Below, piece by piece: positions 1 to 10,800 of a stretch of DNA of 64,000 nt. The position numbers were made by a program, and so were the translations under genes. A model generated the notes under the pieces. That model had not been told where the DNA came from and ran no database searches. It was given only the letters and a program-made list of their open reading frames with translations. The DNA is from a virus. The DNA lies in IMG/VR virus record IMGVR_UViG_3300050821_002050, positions 4,626-68,625 of that record; one strand, given 5' to 3'. Positions within the stretch are counted from its first letter, which is position 1, and the number at the start of each line of letters is the position of its first letter.

Positions 1-1
1 T

Positions 2-1243
2 GGCAAGCTACTCGTTGTGGCGACGCTTTCGACGCTGCGCTTTGTGTGGCAGGCGGAGGCGTTTCAAACTCTACCGGAAAGGACGGTCAAAGTACTCCAT
101 GGCTCAAAGAAAAGGCGATTGGAACTCCTTGAGGAAGACGCCGACATCTACATCATCAATCACGACGGGCTCCGTGTCATTCAAGAGGCTCTCAGTGTTC
201 GTACTGATATTGACGTTTTGTGTCTCGATGAACTTGCTGTGTATCGGAATAATTCTGATCGAAGCAAGGCAATGCGTAAATTCGCCGAGCGGTTTAAGGT
301 TGTCTGGGGCCTCACTGGACGGCCTATGCCTAATGAGCCGACGGATGTTTGGGGCCAAGCCAAGATCGTAACGCCCCACACTGTGCCGAAATTTTTTCGA
401 CAGGCACAGGAAATGTTGATGCTCAAGATCAACCAGTTCAAGTGGGTGCCGAAGGAGAACGCCCTTGAGAAGGCTGTAGCGATGTTGCAGCCGAATGTGC
501 GTTTCTCCCTAGATGACGTGGTTGAGCTGCCTGATGTGATCTCCCGCGTCATCGACGTGGACCTGACTGACACACAGGCTGAAATCTACAAGAAGCTCGC
601 CAAGGAATTCAAAGCCGAGGTTGGTAACGGACAGGTGACGGCAGTGAATGCCGCCGTTGCCATGGGCAAATTATTGCAGGTGAGCGGTGGCTGGGTCTAT
701 GCCAAAGAACTAGGCGCGGTGCCGTGCTTCGATACGTGGAGAGAGACGATGCACCGGCACGAGCGGCTGGTGGAGCTGATCGAGGAAAATGAACGAAAGG
801 TAATAGTCTACGTCCCCTACCGGCACGCAATCGACGGGCTCTCTAAAATTCTGGGCACGCCAGCACGCGATGGAGAAAAAGCAACAGGGGCCGGTATCGA
901 ACACGCGGTAGTTCACGGTGAGACGGCTGGACGCAGCGAAATCTTTAACGAATTTCAACACACGACCAAGTACAAGGTGTTGCTGGCGCATCCGAAATGC
1001 GTGGCACATGGATTAACGCTGACAGCGGCTGATACCATCATCTGGTATATGCCGACCACCTCCCTTGAAATCTACGATCAAGCGAACGCGCGCATCACTC
1101 GCGTCGGTCAGAAGCACAAACAAAAAGTATTTCACCTGCAGTCAACCACCGTCGAAAAGAAAATCTACGCCATGCTGCAACGCAAGCAGAGGGTGCAAGA
1201 GGCACTTTTAAGTATGTTGGAAGACGCGATGGGTGACCTATGA
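2..1243 (+). CDS. SNF2/DEAD-like helicase, 5' truncated by the window
   Basis: Frame is open from position 2. Motifs LCLDEL (II), LTGRP (III), HGLTLT (V) and QANARITRVGQ (VI). Confidence 0.9.
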   Translation, partial: GKLLVVATLSTLRFVWQAEAFQTLPERTVKVLHGSKKRRLELLEEDADIYIINHDGLRVIQEALSVRTDIDVLCLDELAVYRNNSDRSKAMRKFAERFKVVWGLTGRPMPNEPTDVWGQAKIVTPHTVPKFFRQAQEMLMLKINQFKWVPKENALEKAVAMLQPNVRFSLDDVVELPDVISRVIDVDLTDTQAEIYKKLAKEFKAEVGNGQVTAVNAAVAMGKLLQVSGGWVYAKELGAVPCFDTWRETMHRHERLVELIEENERKVIVYVPYRHAIDGLSKILGTPARDGEKATGAGIEHAVVHGETAGRSEIFNEFQHTTKYKVLLAHPKCVAHGLTLTAADTIIWYMPTTSLEIYDQANARITRVGQKHKQKVFHLQSTTVEKKIYAMLQRKQRVQEALLSMLEDAMGDL

Positions 1244-1656
1244 AGTGCCGAGGTAGCATTGAGAAGTGGATGGTGTTATGGTCGACATACAACAACCTTG
1301 ACGGTCGACGCGAACACTTCGTATGGTACGACTGGAAGAACAGAGCGGGCGGGCTACTACTGTTCGATACGAAAAAAGCCTGTAAACATTGGATAACTGA
1401 GAACTACGGGTATATTGCCCGACGCGGCGATCTTAGAAATGAGCCACACTGCTGGCGAATGCCGCAAGCAGTCCGGGTTCGAGTAGACATAGGAGAAATC
1501 AGTGAACGTAGTTTCGCCCCAACCATCTGGAGCCCCCGAGGGCTCCCCATCGACACACGCCAACGTAGAACGGCTCGTTGGGCTGTATCTCGTCGTCAGA
1601 GAAGAGATCGAAAGGCTCAAGGAGAAACACAAAAAAGAGCTGGAAAAGGCCGTTGA
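1240..1656 (+). CDS. Hypothetical protein; 3' part overlaps the next gene
   Basis: ATGA coupling to the helicase stop. The 155-nt overlap with the 1502 gene lowers confidence in the C-terminal part. Confidence 0.5.
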   Translation: MKCRGSIEKWMVLWSTYNNLDGRREHFVWYDWKNRAGGLLLFDTKKACKHWITENYGYIARRGDLRNEPHCWRMPQAVRVRVDIGEISERSFAPTIWSPRGLPIDTRQRRTARWAVSRRQRRDRKAQGETQKRAGKGR

Positions 1657-1951
1657 TCTTCAGAAAGAATTAACGGGTAAGATCACAGACTTCTTGTCCC
1701 AACACGGTGTTGACAGTGTGAAGACATCGGCGGGGACGGCATACTCGTCCGTCAAGTACAGTGCATCACTGGCAGACCCCGAAGCCTTCATGAAGTATGT
1801 GATCAGCAATCAGAACTGGGACCTGCTGGACCGCAAAGCCAACGTCACGGCTTGCCGCGCGTTCGTCGACCAACACAATACGCTCCCTCCCGGCGTGAAC
1901 CTCTCTTCCATCGAGACCCTTGGGGTGCGCAGCCCCACGAGTAAAAAGTAA
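1502..1951 (+). CDS. Conserved phage replication-module protein with coiled-coil N-terminus
   Basis: AGGAG RBS before GTG. Coiled coil followed by SVKTSAGTAY; position between helicase and SSB-like gene. Confidence 0.75.
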   Translation: MNVVSPQPSGAPEGSPSTHANVERLVGLYLVVREEIERLKEKHKKELEKAVDLQKELTGKITDFLSQHGVDSVKTSAGTAYSSVKYSASLADPEAFMKYVISNQNWDLLDRKANVTACRAFVDQHNTLPPGVNLSSIETLGVRSPTSKK

Positions 1952-1985
1952 CGGCCACCGTAACCCCAACAAGGAACCTCACACG

Positions 1986-3095
1986 ATGAGTAATCTTGAA
2001 CTGTTTAACGCCGCCGCCTTCAAGGGCACTGCCCCATCGAAGGTATTCCACGACATCGACCCAAACTCCGAGAGCCTCGCCGATGGTATCGGCCAGAGCT
2101 ACGGCATCCTTGGCTACAAGGGCAAAACATGGACGCTCCGCCTTCGTGGCGAGACCTTCCAGTTCAACCGACCGGATGACGGCACTCCCGCTCCGTTCCT
2201 CGACGTGATCATCCTGCGTCAGCTTCCGGTGAAGTCCAAGTCGTACTACCCGGCTGGCTCGTATCAGGAGGGCAACGTCGGTGTCCGACCGCTGTGCGCA
2301 TCGCTGGACGGCGTCACGCCCGACGTTGAGATTGCCACGCCGCAGAACAATGCCTGCGTCACCTGCGCTCGCAACGTGTTCAAGACGACCGCCGACGGTC
2401 GCAAGACCCGCGAATGCTCAGACTTCAAGCGTCTGGCTGTGCTGGTCCTCCCGAAGCTCACCATGCCGTTCTTCAATGGCAAGGCGCTGATGGAGCCGGT
2501 GTTCCTGCGCGTGCCCCCGGCCTCGCTGAACGATCTGTCGCTGTTTGGCGATACGATGTCCCAGCAGGGTTTCCACTACGCCACGTTCATCACGCGGATC
2601 GGGTTCAAGCCTGACAAGCCGCACCCTGTGATGTTCTTCAAGGCGATCTGTCCGCTGACGGACCAACAGGCTCCGATGGTCAGGCAACTGCGCGACGACA
2701 TGGCTTCGCACCGGATCACCGGAGAGGACATGCTCGCTCGACGACCGGGGCTTCCTGCGATCGCCGCCCCTGCGGCAGCAGCGCCGGTCCAGACAGCGCC
2801 GGTCCAGACAGCGCCCAACGTGGTGCAGATGCCCCCGCCGAACAAGCCGGCTGCCCCTGTGGCAACGGACGAGGGCTGGGGCGCGGCTGCGGCTCCGGTT
2901 ACGGCCACCGTAACCGGCACACCGCCGACGGATGATGACGGGTGGGGTGGCACTGCCACCGCAGCTCCGGCAGCTCCGATTGAAACTTCAGTTGCTCCGC
3001 AGCACCAACAGCCCACAGCAGCGGTAAGCGACACCATGACCGAGGAAGCGGACGACGATCTCGAAGCCCGCGTAGGTGCCCTCCTTCAGCGGTAA
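1986..3095 (+). CDS. Putative ssDNA-binding/annealing protein with Cys cluster and acidic tail
   Basis: AAGGA RBS and ATG at 1986. PLCASLDG..CVTC..EC Zn-like cluster, Pro/Ala linker, acidic C-terminus (EEADDDLE); adjacent to primase. Confidence 0.65.
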   Translation: MSNLELFNAAAFKGTAPSKVFHDIDPNSESLADGIGQSYGILGYKGKTWTLRLRGETFQFNRPDDGTPAPFLDVIILRQLPVKSKSYYPAGSYQEGNVGVRPLCASLDGVTPDVEIATPQNNACVTCARNVFKTTADGRKTRECSDFKRLAVLVLPKLTMPFFNGKALMEPVFLRVPPASLNDLSLFGDTMSQQGFHYATFITRIGFKPDKPHPVMFFKAICPLTDQQAPMVRQLRDDMASHRITGEDMLARRPGLPAIAAPAAAAPVQTAPVQTAPNVVQMPPPNKPAAPVATDEGWGAAAAPVTATVTGTPPTDDDGWGGTATAAPAAPIETSVAPQHQQPTAAVSDTMTEEADDDLEARVGALLQR

Positions 3096-3100
3096 GTCTT

Positions 3101-6100
3101 ATGTCTGACCCAATCGTTGAGCGCTTCATGCGCGCCGTGTTGCCTTGGCCGGGGGAAGATGCCCCCGGCTGGGTCAACCTGCACTACGACTTCGTGCCGC
3201 AACCCGGTAAGAAGATGCTCAAGATTGTGCCCGGTTGGGCGTTCAAAACCATGGACGGCTTCCAGTCGATGGTAGCCTTCGGTTTGGCACGCCACACTGT
3301 CTACAGAAATTTTTGGCAGTGTATGTCTCTGCAGAAGGACAACGCTGGGCCGAACAAGACCGGCAAGAATTACAGGGCCCTTCGCAAGAAGGATAACGCG
3401 CTGTCGGTCAAGTCCCTCTGGCTCGACCTTGATCTCGACCCCGCCGACCCGAAGAAGTACCCGGACGAGGCGACCGCCATGAAGGCGATCCTCGTATTCT
3501 GTAAGAAGTACGCCCTGCCTGACCCTAGCTGCATCGTGCACTCGGGGAACGGCCTCCACATGTACTGGGCCAACGTAGCGGTGATGACCGTCGACGAGTG
3601 GAGGCCGCTCGCGGAGGGCTTCAAGGCACTGCTGCTGAAGGAAGGTATCAAGATCGACCCAGTGTGTACTGGTGACGTGGCTAGGTTGATGCGTCTGCCA
3701 ACGACCTTCAACAAGAAAGACCTTGCCGACCCAAAGCCAGTGGTACTGCTGACCAAGAATATTATCGAGCACGATTTTTCCACCAAGCCATTTCAAGACC
3801 TGAAGCAATACGCAGTCATCGCGCCCCCTCCTGCTCCCAAGACCCAATCCGAGCATTTCGATGCCGCAGCCTTCAATGGCGCGAAGCCGAGCCCGGTGTT
3901 CAAGGGGATCGACAACAACGACAAGTTATCGGCTGGGCTAGAGCGGCTGGTTCACCCCAAGCCCGTATTCGACCAGTGCCCTATGTACGACGAGGCGCTG
4001 AAGACTGGCGGCAACGGCTACAATCAGGGCCTGTGGATGCTGCAAATCCTCGGTACCACATTCATGGAGGGCGGAAATGACCTCGCACACGCGATCAGCA
4101 AAGGGGACGCGCGCTACACCCCGGACGGTACGGACCAGATGTTCAGTCGCAAGATGGCTGACAGAGACAGCTTCGGACTTGGATACCCATCATGCGCCAC
4201 CTTTAAGGGCGCTGGCAGCAAGGCTTGCGAAGGGTGCCCGCTGCTCGCGAAGGGTAAGTCCCCGCTCAATCTAAGGCCATTTGTGCCGGTTACGGCCACC
4301 GTAACCTCCGCCACCCCGGCGCTCATCAATGGCACGGCTGACGACCCTGACGTATGGATGCCCTACGAAGAGGGCTTCGAGTTTAACGAGAACGGAGTGG
4401 TTTGTTCTGTGCATTCTCACACCGACAAAGAAGGCAACACGGATACATCGTCGATCCCGCTCTTTAAAGGATCGGTGCTGTCGGACTTTTGGATCAGTAA
4501 AGGTAGCCACCACGGTGAGGTGTGCCACTTCGTTTCATCTGCCGATAAGGGATGTCTGGTTCAAGTGGACCTACCTGTCGGCAATATTTTCGAACAGAGC
4601 TTTAAAAAATTTTTAGCTCTTGCCCGGGTGTTGCCAAATCCAAACGCACTGCCCAAAACAACGGAGACTTTTTTCGTGAGTGTCATAGAAAAATTGCGAG
4701 CAATCGCCGAAGCACAAACCGCCGTCCCATTTGGTTGGTACACCGAAAAAGGACAAATCAGAGGGTTCGCCTATGGTGGCAAGCTCTTCCTCGATGACAA
4801 GTCAGAACGGACGTGTGCCGGTGCTGACCCTGTCATCATGAAGAACTACCGTCCGCAGGGGAGCCTTGATCAATGGATGAAGGCGGCACGGTGTGTTACC
4901 GACCGTAAGCGCCCAGAACTCACAGTCATAATGCTCACGTCGTTCCTCTCGCCGCTGTTGCAGTTGGTAGGGCGATCGACGATCCTCTTCTCGGCTTTTA
5001 GTCCTGACAGCGGTGGCGGTAAAACCTCTGCGTACAAGGCCGGGCTGAGCGTGTGGGGACATCCGACCCTGACGAAGGGAACGGAGAGCCAGACGAAGAA
5101 CAACATCACGACGCAAATGAAGACTATCCGCAACCTTCCCTTCTACTGGGACGAGATCACGGACGACAAGTACCGGGAGATCGTGTGGAAAGTCATGCAC
5201 GAGGCGGATGGTGGCAAAGAAAAGGGCCGTAACCTTGACGGCCAGCGCACACAAGACGCGGGGACGTGGATGCTGGCGATGCATTATGCCTCCAACCAGT
5301 CGCTTCTACAGTTCTTGCGTAAGCACAACCCCACAACCTCTGCATCGGCAAACCGGGTCTTGGAGTGGGAAGTCAAGAACATTAGTGGCGTACCGGGCGA
5401 TCGCCCTCCGGGATGGATGCCGGATGCCGAGGCCACTACCCTTATGGACACCACCGAACGGAACTACGGTCTTATGGGTCTCAAGTACGCCCGGTTTTTG
5501 GCGGACAATCACGAGCGCATCACGGCGGAATGTATCGCTAAGATCAACGAGGTGGAGGAAATCCTGCAGACCGGCAATGCCGAGCGCTACTGGATTTGCG
5601 GTGTCGGGCTTATGGTACAGGCGGCTAAGTACGCTCTGGAGTTGGGCCTTGATGTTAACCCAGCCGAGATCGAGGAGTTCATGTTCAAGGTCTATCGAGA
5701 CAACTACAACTCCCGGGAGGAGTACTCCAGCGGTGGCGTCGTCGATCATAGCGAGGACGCTACTACTCGGTACCTCAAGAAACGCGAAGCGGAGGAGCGT
5801 GGAATTTGGTCCGATCATATAGCTCTCGGCAAGGGGAGAAGTGTGGCGAGACCGATGAACATCCTCAAGGGGCCGACGCAGCCGAAGAACACACAGGGTG
5901 GCGTCGAGTTCCGGTTTGCGCTGGAGCAACAGATGCTCTTTATAGCACAACGGGACTTCACCGCGTGGCTGGAAAGCGAAAAATTATCGGAACCTGAAAT
6001 CCGAAAAGGGCTCGCGAAGGTGTACGGCGACATTAAGGTGAAGAAGATCGCGCTGTTACGGGGATGGAAGCAGGACGCAGGACGCGAGTATGTCCTACAC

Positions 6101-6220
6101 ATCCCGGTAAGGCCCGGTACCCCGCTGTGGGACTACATGGTGTCGGTATCGACGCAGGAAGAGCGTGCGCGGCTTGCGACCACTCTCCCCGTCGCGCTAG
6201 ATGATGCCGATGCCGCTTGA
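3101..6220 (+). CDS. Primase-helicase (AEP/RepB-like primase, Cys cluster, DUF927-type P-loop domain)
   Basis: WLDLD and HSGNGLHMYW primase motifs, RLMRLPTTFN, YPSC..CEGCP, Walker A SGGGKTS, Walker B FYWDE. Confidence 0.85.
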   Translation: MSDPIVERFMRAVLPWPGEDAPGWVNLHYDFVPQPGKKMLKIVPGWAFKTMDGFQSMVAFGLARHTVYRNFWQCMSLQKDNAGPNKTGKNYRALRKKDNALSVKSLWLDLDLDPADPKKYPDEATAMKAILVFCKKYALPDPSCIVHSGNGLHMYWANVAVMTVDEWRPLAEGFKALLLKEGIKIDPVCTGDVARLMRLPTTFNKKDLADPKPVVLLTKNIIEHDFSTKPFQDLKQYAVIAPPPAPKTQSEHFDAAAFNGAKPSPVFKGIDNNDKLSAGLERLVHPKPVFDQCPMYDEALKTGGNGYNQGLWMLQILGTTFMEGGNDLAHAISKGDARYTPDGTDQMFSRKMADRDSFGLGYPSCATFKGAGSKACEGCPLLAKGKSPLNLRPFVPVTATVTSATPALINGTADDPDVWMPYEEGFEFNENGVVCSVHSHTDKEGNTDTSSIPLFKGSVLSDFWISKGSHHGEVCHFVSSADKGCLVQVDLPVGNIFEQSFKKFLALARVLPNPNALPKTTETFFVSVIEKLRAIAEAQTAVPFGWYTEKGQIRGFAYGGKLFLDDKSERTCAGADPVIMKNYRPQGSLDQWMKAARCVTDRKRPELTVIMLTSFLSPLLQLVGRSTILFSAFSPDSGGGKTSAYKAGLSVWGHPTLTKGTESQTKNNITTQMKTIRNLPFYWDEITDDKYREIVWKVMHEADGGKEKGRNLDGQRTQDAGTWMLAMHYASNQSLLQFLRKHNPTTSASANRVLEWEVKNISGVPGDRPPGWMPDAEATTLMDTTERNYGLMGLKYARFLADNHERITAECIAKINEVEEILQTGNAERYWICGVGLMVQAAKYALELGLDVNPAEIEEFMFKVYRDNYNSREEYSSGGVVDHSEDATTRYLKKREAEERGIWSDHIALGKGRSVARPMNILKGPTQPKNTQGGVEFRFALEQQMLFIAQRDFTAWLESEKLSEPEIRKGLAKVYGDIKVKKIALLRGWKQDAGREYVLHIPVRPGTPLWDYMVSVSTQEERARLATTLPVALDDADAA

Positions 6221-6608
6221 CCTAGAGCGCCTCACCAAGCTCATGGCTATGACGACCAGTGACAAGGACCCCGAGGCCCTTGCCGCTGTTCGCATGGCCA
6301 ACAAGATGCTGAGCGGTTTAAAGATGACGTGGGGGGATGTCCTCAAGGTAGTCCCGCCCGAAGTGAAGATGACGATCTTCGCGCAGACACAACACGAGGC
6401 TAACTGGGATGAGCCCGCGTACCTCTCCGACAAGGTGCAGATCGACCTGATGTTCAAGTCGATCTACTCCGCGCCGAGGACCGGCGTCGAGGACTTCTGG
6501 CGGGTTGTCGATGGCATACACCAGAGCTACGTGACCCACGGCAGGCTCACTGCAGCCCAGTACAAGATCATCCGCCACTGCTACTCCCGAACCCTCAGAC
6601 ACGCATAG
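6201..6608 (+). CDS. Hypothetical protein, last gene of the + arm
   Basis: Coupled to the primase stop. N-terminus LTKLMAMTTSD..EALAA resembles common small phage proteins. Confidence 0.7.
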   Translation: MMPMPLDLERLTKLMAMTTSDKDPEALAAVRMANKMLSGLKMTWGDVLKVVPPEVKMTIFAQTQHEANWDEPAYLSDKVQIDLMFKSIYSAPRTGVEDFWRVVDGIHQSYVTHGRLTAAQYKIIRHCYSRTLRHA

Positions 6609-6822
6609 CCCAGTAGGTGCCGAGCACCGCGCCACTTACGGCAGCCGTAAGTAGCCACGGCTCGCGGGTGTATTCGACGATTACGACGCCTCCGAGCGCG
6701 AACAAGACACCGCTGCTAAGGCAGGCGCGAAGGATTTTACCATCACCTACGGCCTTCGTGTACTTCGCCCAGACGTAGTCGTAGACCACGGTGACGGCGA
6801 AGATGAGGAGCCATTTTATCAT
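6595..6822 (-). CDS. Small membrane protein (about 3 TM)
   Basis: Hydrophobic 75 aa, coupled to the upstream gene; contains one palindrome copy (LTAAVS). Confidence 0.65.
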   Translation of the reverse strand: MIKWLLIFAVTVVYDYVWAKYTKAVGDGKILRACLSSGVLFALGGVVIVEYTREPWLLTAAVSGAVLGTYWAMRV

Positions 6823-7061
6823 GGCTTCTCGATCTCAGCGGCAGCCGTGGCTGGAGGTTCGGCCACACAGAGGCGCGCACCGTTGCTGAATGTGATGATG
6901 GTGTGAGTGTCGTCCTTGTCCGCCCGGGGGCTGATCGCCGGGCAGTCCCCATTCACGGCGCGTAGCACCGCGACGACTTGGGCCTTTGCGACCTGTACCG
7001 GATAGCCATCTGGCTGCGTCAGGATCGCGAAGAGGGTGAGTAGGGGGACAAAGTACTTCAT
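6819..7061 (-). CDS. Small secreted or membrane protein
   Basis: ATG at 7061 (MKYFVPLLTLFAIL, signal-like), ATGA-coupled. Confidence 0.6.
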   Translation of the reverse strand: MKYFVPLLTLFAILTQPDGYPVQVAKAQVVAVLRAVNGDCPAISPRADKDDTHTIITFSNGARLCVAEPPATAAAEIEKP

Positions 7062-7531
7062 GGCTTCAACCTCATCACATGGATGGGGCCGCGCGTGTTG
7101 ATGTCGTGCTCTGCCGCGATCCTGACGGCGTCCCGGGCGCACAGGCCAGCGGCCATGGCTCCGATGGCATACTCGTTGCCAGAGCCACAGGCGGCGTATT
7201 TGCGGGTGATGGGGGTGAAGCCTACTTCGTCCTTGTAGTCGAGCGGGTCTTCGCGGCAGGTGATCTTGAAGACCTGTCCTGTCGGCAGGACGAGGATGCC
7301 CGCGAACTCACAACGCAACTCAAGGAGCGCCTTACGATACGGTAACCCTTTGGCTGATTTGATCTTGCCGAGGAAGTCAATCATCTCGCGGGCGTCGTTG
7401 TCGCCTGCTTGACCCAGTAGTCCGCCGCTAGGCAGGCGGACTATCTTCGTGAGCGCCGTCACCTGCTGGTCGCCGATCGTCCAGCAACTGTCGCACGCCA
7501 TTATCCCGGCCTTGTACGCTATGGTGGTCAT
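7058..7531 (-). CDS. HslV/proteasome-beta-like Ntn-hydrolase
   Basis: N-terminal MTTIAY..MACDS, ACGSG..YAIGAM, AVRIAAEHDINTRG. Confidence 0.75.
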   Translation of the reverse strand: MTTIAYKAGIMACDSCWTIGDQQVTALTKIVRLPSGGLLGQAGDNDAREMIDFLGKIKSAKGLPYRKALLELRCEFAGILVLPTGQVFKITCREDPLDYKDEVGFTPITRKYAACGSGNEYAIGAMAAGLCARDAVRIAAEHDINTRGPIHVMRLKP

Positions 7532-7597
7532 TGGGGCCCCCTTCGCAGTGGCGACACAGGAACACGGGGATGCTCGTGTGTGCGCACTCGGCTACGT

Positions 7598-7846
7598 TCA
7601 TTTGCGTGGCTTGATGGCTTTGAGCGACTTGTCGTTCTTGATGTTCGACTGCGGGTCGTGCGTGCCCTTCTTCGTGTAGTCCTGAGTGTTCTCAGGCCCG
7701 AGAAGACCTGTACCCATAGGGTGCATGTCGTCGTTCTCGTCTTTTGCGAAATTCTGGTGACGCTTGATCACGAGGCCACCGCACGCGGCGTCCATGTCCT
7801 GCGGATGTGATCCCTTGGCGTATATTTTGTTCGTCGGCTGTACCAT
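7598..7846 (-). CDS. Hypothetical protein
   Basis: GGAGA RBS; 82 aa, hydrophilic. Confidence 0.65.
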   Translation of the reverse strand: MVQPTNKIYAKGSHPQDMDAACGGLVIKRHQNFAKDENDDMHPMGTGLLGPENTQDYTKKGTHDPQSNIKNDKSLKAIKPRK

Positions 7847-7893
7847 CGTCGTTCTCCATGTTGCTGCGATATGAGCAGGTAAATCTTAAGGAA

Positions 7894-10800
7894 TTACCAA
7901 CCTTCGGTGGCCCGGTTTAGGATGTCTTCCCCGATGCCATAGCCGCCATGCTTTTCACGTAGACGGCTGTCCCGGGCATTAAGCTTCTGGGATTTCCGCT
8001 CCCAATTAGCGCCTGCGTCAGAGGGGTTTTTCACGTCGGCGGCTTGGTCCCGGATACCCTTGAGAGCGGCCTTGCCCACGCCTACCGGCCCCCCGGCATC
8101 CTCTGGGTTCTTCTTGTATGAGTTCGAGAGGGTGCCATAGGGGCTGACTGTGCCCCGCACCCAGTGCTCGGCCTCTTGCATACCTACCTTGAGCCCCGCA
8201 CGGATACGTCCCTGCCTACCGCTATTTTCTCCGAAGGCGTCACTCACATCGCCGGGCTCGATGATGTTCTTGCCCCGGTAGTCGCGACCGCTAATTGCCT
8301 CGATCAGCGTGCTGATCAGCGGCGTCACAGTGAACGTGGACCGTAGCGCGCTCATGGGGTCTTCCTTACCCTGTGACGCCCGGTAGAGATGGGACGGGAT
8401 CGAGACGGGACCGCGCCGGGTCTGGGAGGCATCCTCATTGCCGGTGATGAACTGCGCGAGCTTGTCCATCATTGGGTAGATGGCGAACGTGAGGAAGCCC
8501 ATTGCCAGCATCTTACCTGCCGCGTCGATGCGGTCGGCAGCGCTGCTCTTCGGATGGAAGGCATCCTTGATCATGTTCGCGTAGGCGTTCCACATGCCGT
8601 AGTGGTAGCGACCGAACGTGAACAGGTCGTTGCCACTCATCACCTTCGACAAGAAACGTCCAGCCTCACCGCTACTCATGATGCGGTTGGGCACTTGGTA
8701 ATTCGGGATGTCACGCTCAGCATGGATGATGGCTTGCTCCGTGGACATGCCCTTGCGCTCCAACTCCAGAATGCGCTGGGTCAGGAACACGTCGTTCGCG
8801 TGCCACATCATGCGTGAAGACCAATCATAAAATTTCTCGCCTAGTGCCTTCGGGTCGACGCCGATAATGTCGGCAACGCGACGCCAGCCCACGCCCTTTG
8901 GCCCGTTGGCCATCTCTGTACCGACACGACTGGCGAGACCTTGTGCGAAGTTGCGGGTGTTGACGCCGGGATAGATCAACCCCGCGCCGGAACGCATGAG
9001 ACGTTTCTGTAGGTCATCTTGGTTCCAGACGGACTTGATCGCCTTCGCCCCGTCGACGATGAGCGAGTGCAATCCTGCCGGGGTGATGTTGTCCCAGCCG
9101 CGACCGACGAACCAGTGAGTGCCGACGTTGGCGATGTGCGCGGTCGGCATCCAGAACAGCAAGCGTGTGACGTTGTGGTTCAGGTTGCGCCACCAGTCAT
9201 AAGTGTCGAAGCCTGACTTGGCGTAGCTGTCGAACACTTCCTTCATCTTCGGGTCCATGAAGATCGGCTTGCCGTCCGCGCCCTTCAGGTTGGGGAAGTC
9301 GGTCTGCTTCCAGCCCCGGTCGTTCGCGAGCTTGCCGTCGGTGGTGGACATCTTCCCGAACTCAGGCGAGTTGATGATCTTGTTCAGGAGCTTCAGGTTG
9401 CGGAAGCGCTGCCCCATGAGCGAGTTGGTCAAGAATGCAGAGAGCGCCGCGTTGTGCTGGTACTTCAACATCGCTGGCGTGTTGCCGAGACCGCGTGCGT
9501 GCTTCTCCTTCTCGGAGGCCATGGCCTCGCGCATCGTGAAGGTCTGCTTCGCGCCGGTCTTCGGGTCGGTGTAGACGTAGGGCTTGTTGGCCTCGAACTC
9601 GAACTTCGGGTCCCTGATCTTCTGGCTCTTGCCGTTGCGCCAGATGTTGTAGCCGTTGTCGCGCTCTTGGATGATATGACGGTGGCCCGATCTATCTTCC
9701 AGCGCGAAGTAGTTACGGTTGTTGGACATCGAGGCGGACACCGTGAGACCGTTATATTCGGGGCTCGTCGGGTCGTCCTTGTTCTTGAGGAGGTTGTACT
9801 CGCTCGTTTCACCGTCAGAGAGATGGGAGATATGGTCGTCAACGTCGCGCGCCGCGTTGTTAGGCGCGAAGATGTCCCCGCCTTCCTTGTAGAGCTTGTT
9901 CTCATCGAACACCTCCTTGAGGTGCTCGTTGTAGAGCCGCTGATCTTCGGCGGACAGGCTCTCAAGGTTGGTCTTGCCCTTCTGCTTGCCCGGCAGATCA
10001 ACGTGAGCGCTGTCGGCGTCGCGAGCTTCGAAGATGCGCCGCTGTTGTGCGGTCTTCGATTTGGCGTCGGGCTCCTTGCTGTCGTGCCACATCGCATCGC
10101 TCGCTTGGAACAGCGCGGTGTTCGCAGCCTTGTTGGTCTGCTCGTTGGTGTGGAACATCTTCTGCAGGTCACGCAGCCATTTGCCGTGGTTGTTCAGCTC
10201 GTCCGCCGTCAGTGAGCGGGAATAGCTGCTGTCCCGGTGGGAGATATTCGCGCCCACCTTGCTGCCAGACCACTTGGAGTTCAGGAAGCGCTTCATCAGC
10301 GCCTTCACGTCGTGGCCGATCTGGTTGATGTTGAGCGACGCCTTCTCGTCGGTGCCGAACTCCTTCGCGAGGCGAGCCAGTTCGTTGGCCCTGCCGATGG
10401 CATTGCGCTTATCGTCGGCTGCCTGCGCCGCCTCGTACTTGGCCCGCTCCTCCGGGGTGACGTTCATCTTGGCGCGGAAGCGAGCTTCTTCGAGCGCTGC
10501 TGCACGCTCCTCGGCTTCTCTTGCCTTCTTGGACGACTTCAGCGCTTCATCTTCGCCCTCCTTGGTCACATCCTTGGTCTTCTTCGGACGCTCGGCATTG
10601 TCGGCCTTGTTCTTGATGGCCTTCTCGACCACGCCCTCCGCGATCGCCTCGGGGTCGACCTTGGTGTGCTCGAAGTCGCCTTCGGGGTAGTTCTTCGCCA
10701 GCCACTCCTTGTCGCGATTGCGCAAGGCATCATAGGGATCAGGACGTACCTCGGTGCCTTCTTTATAGTTCTGCCCAAGCCACTCTTTCTCCTCGCGCTC

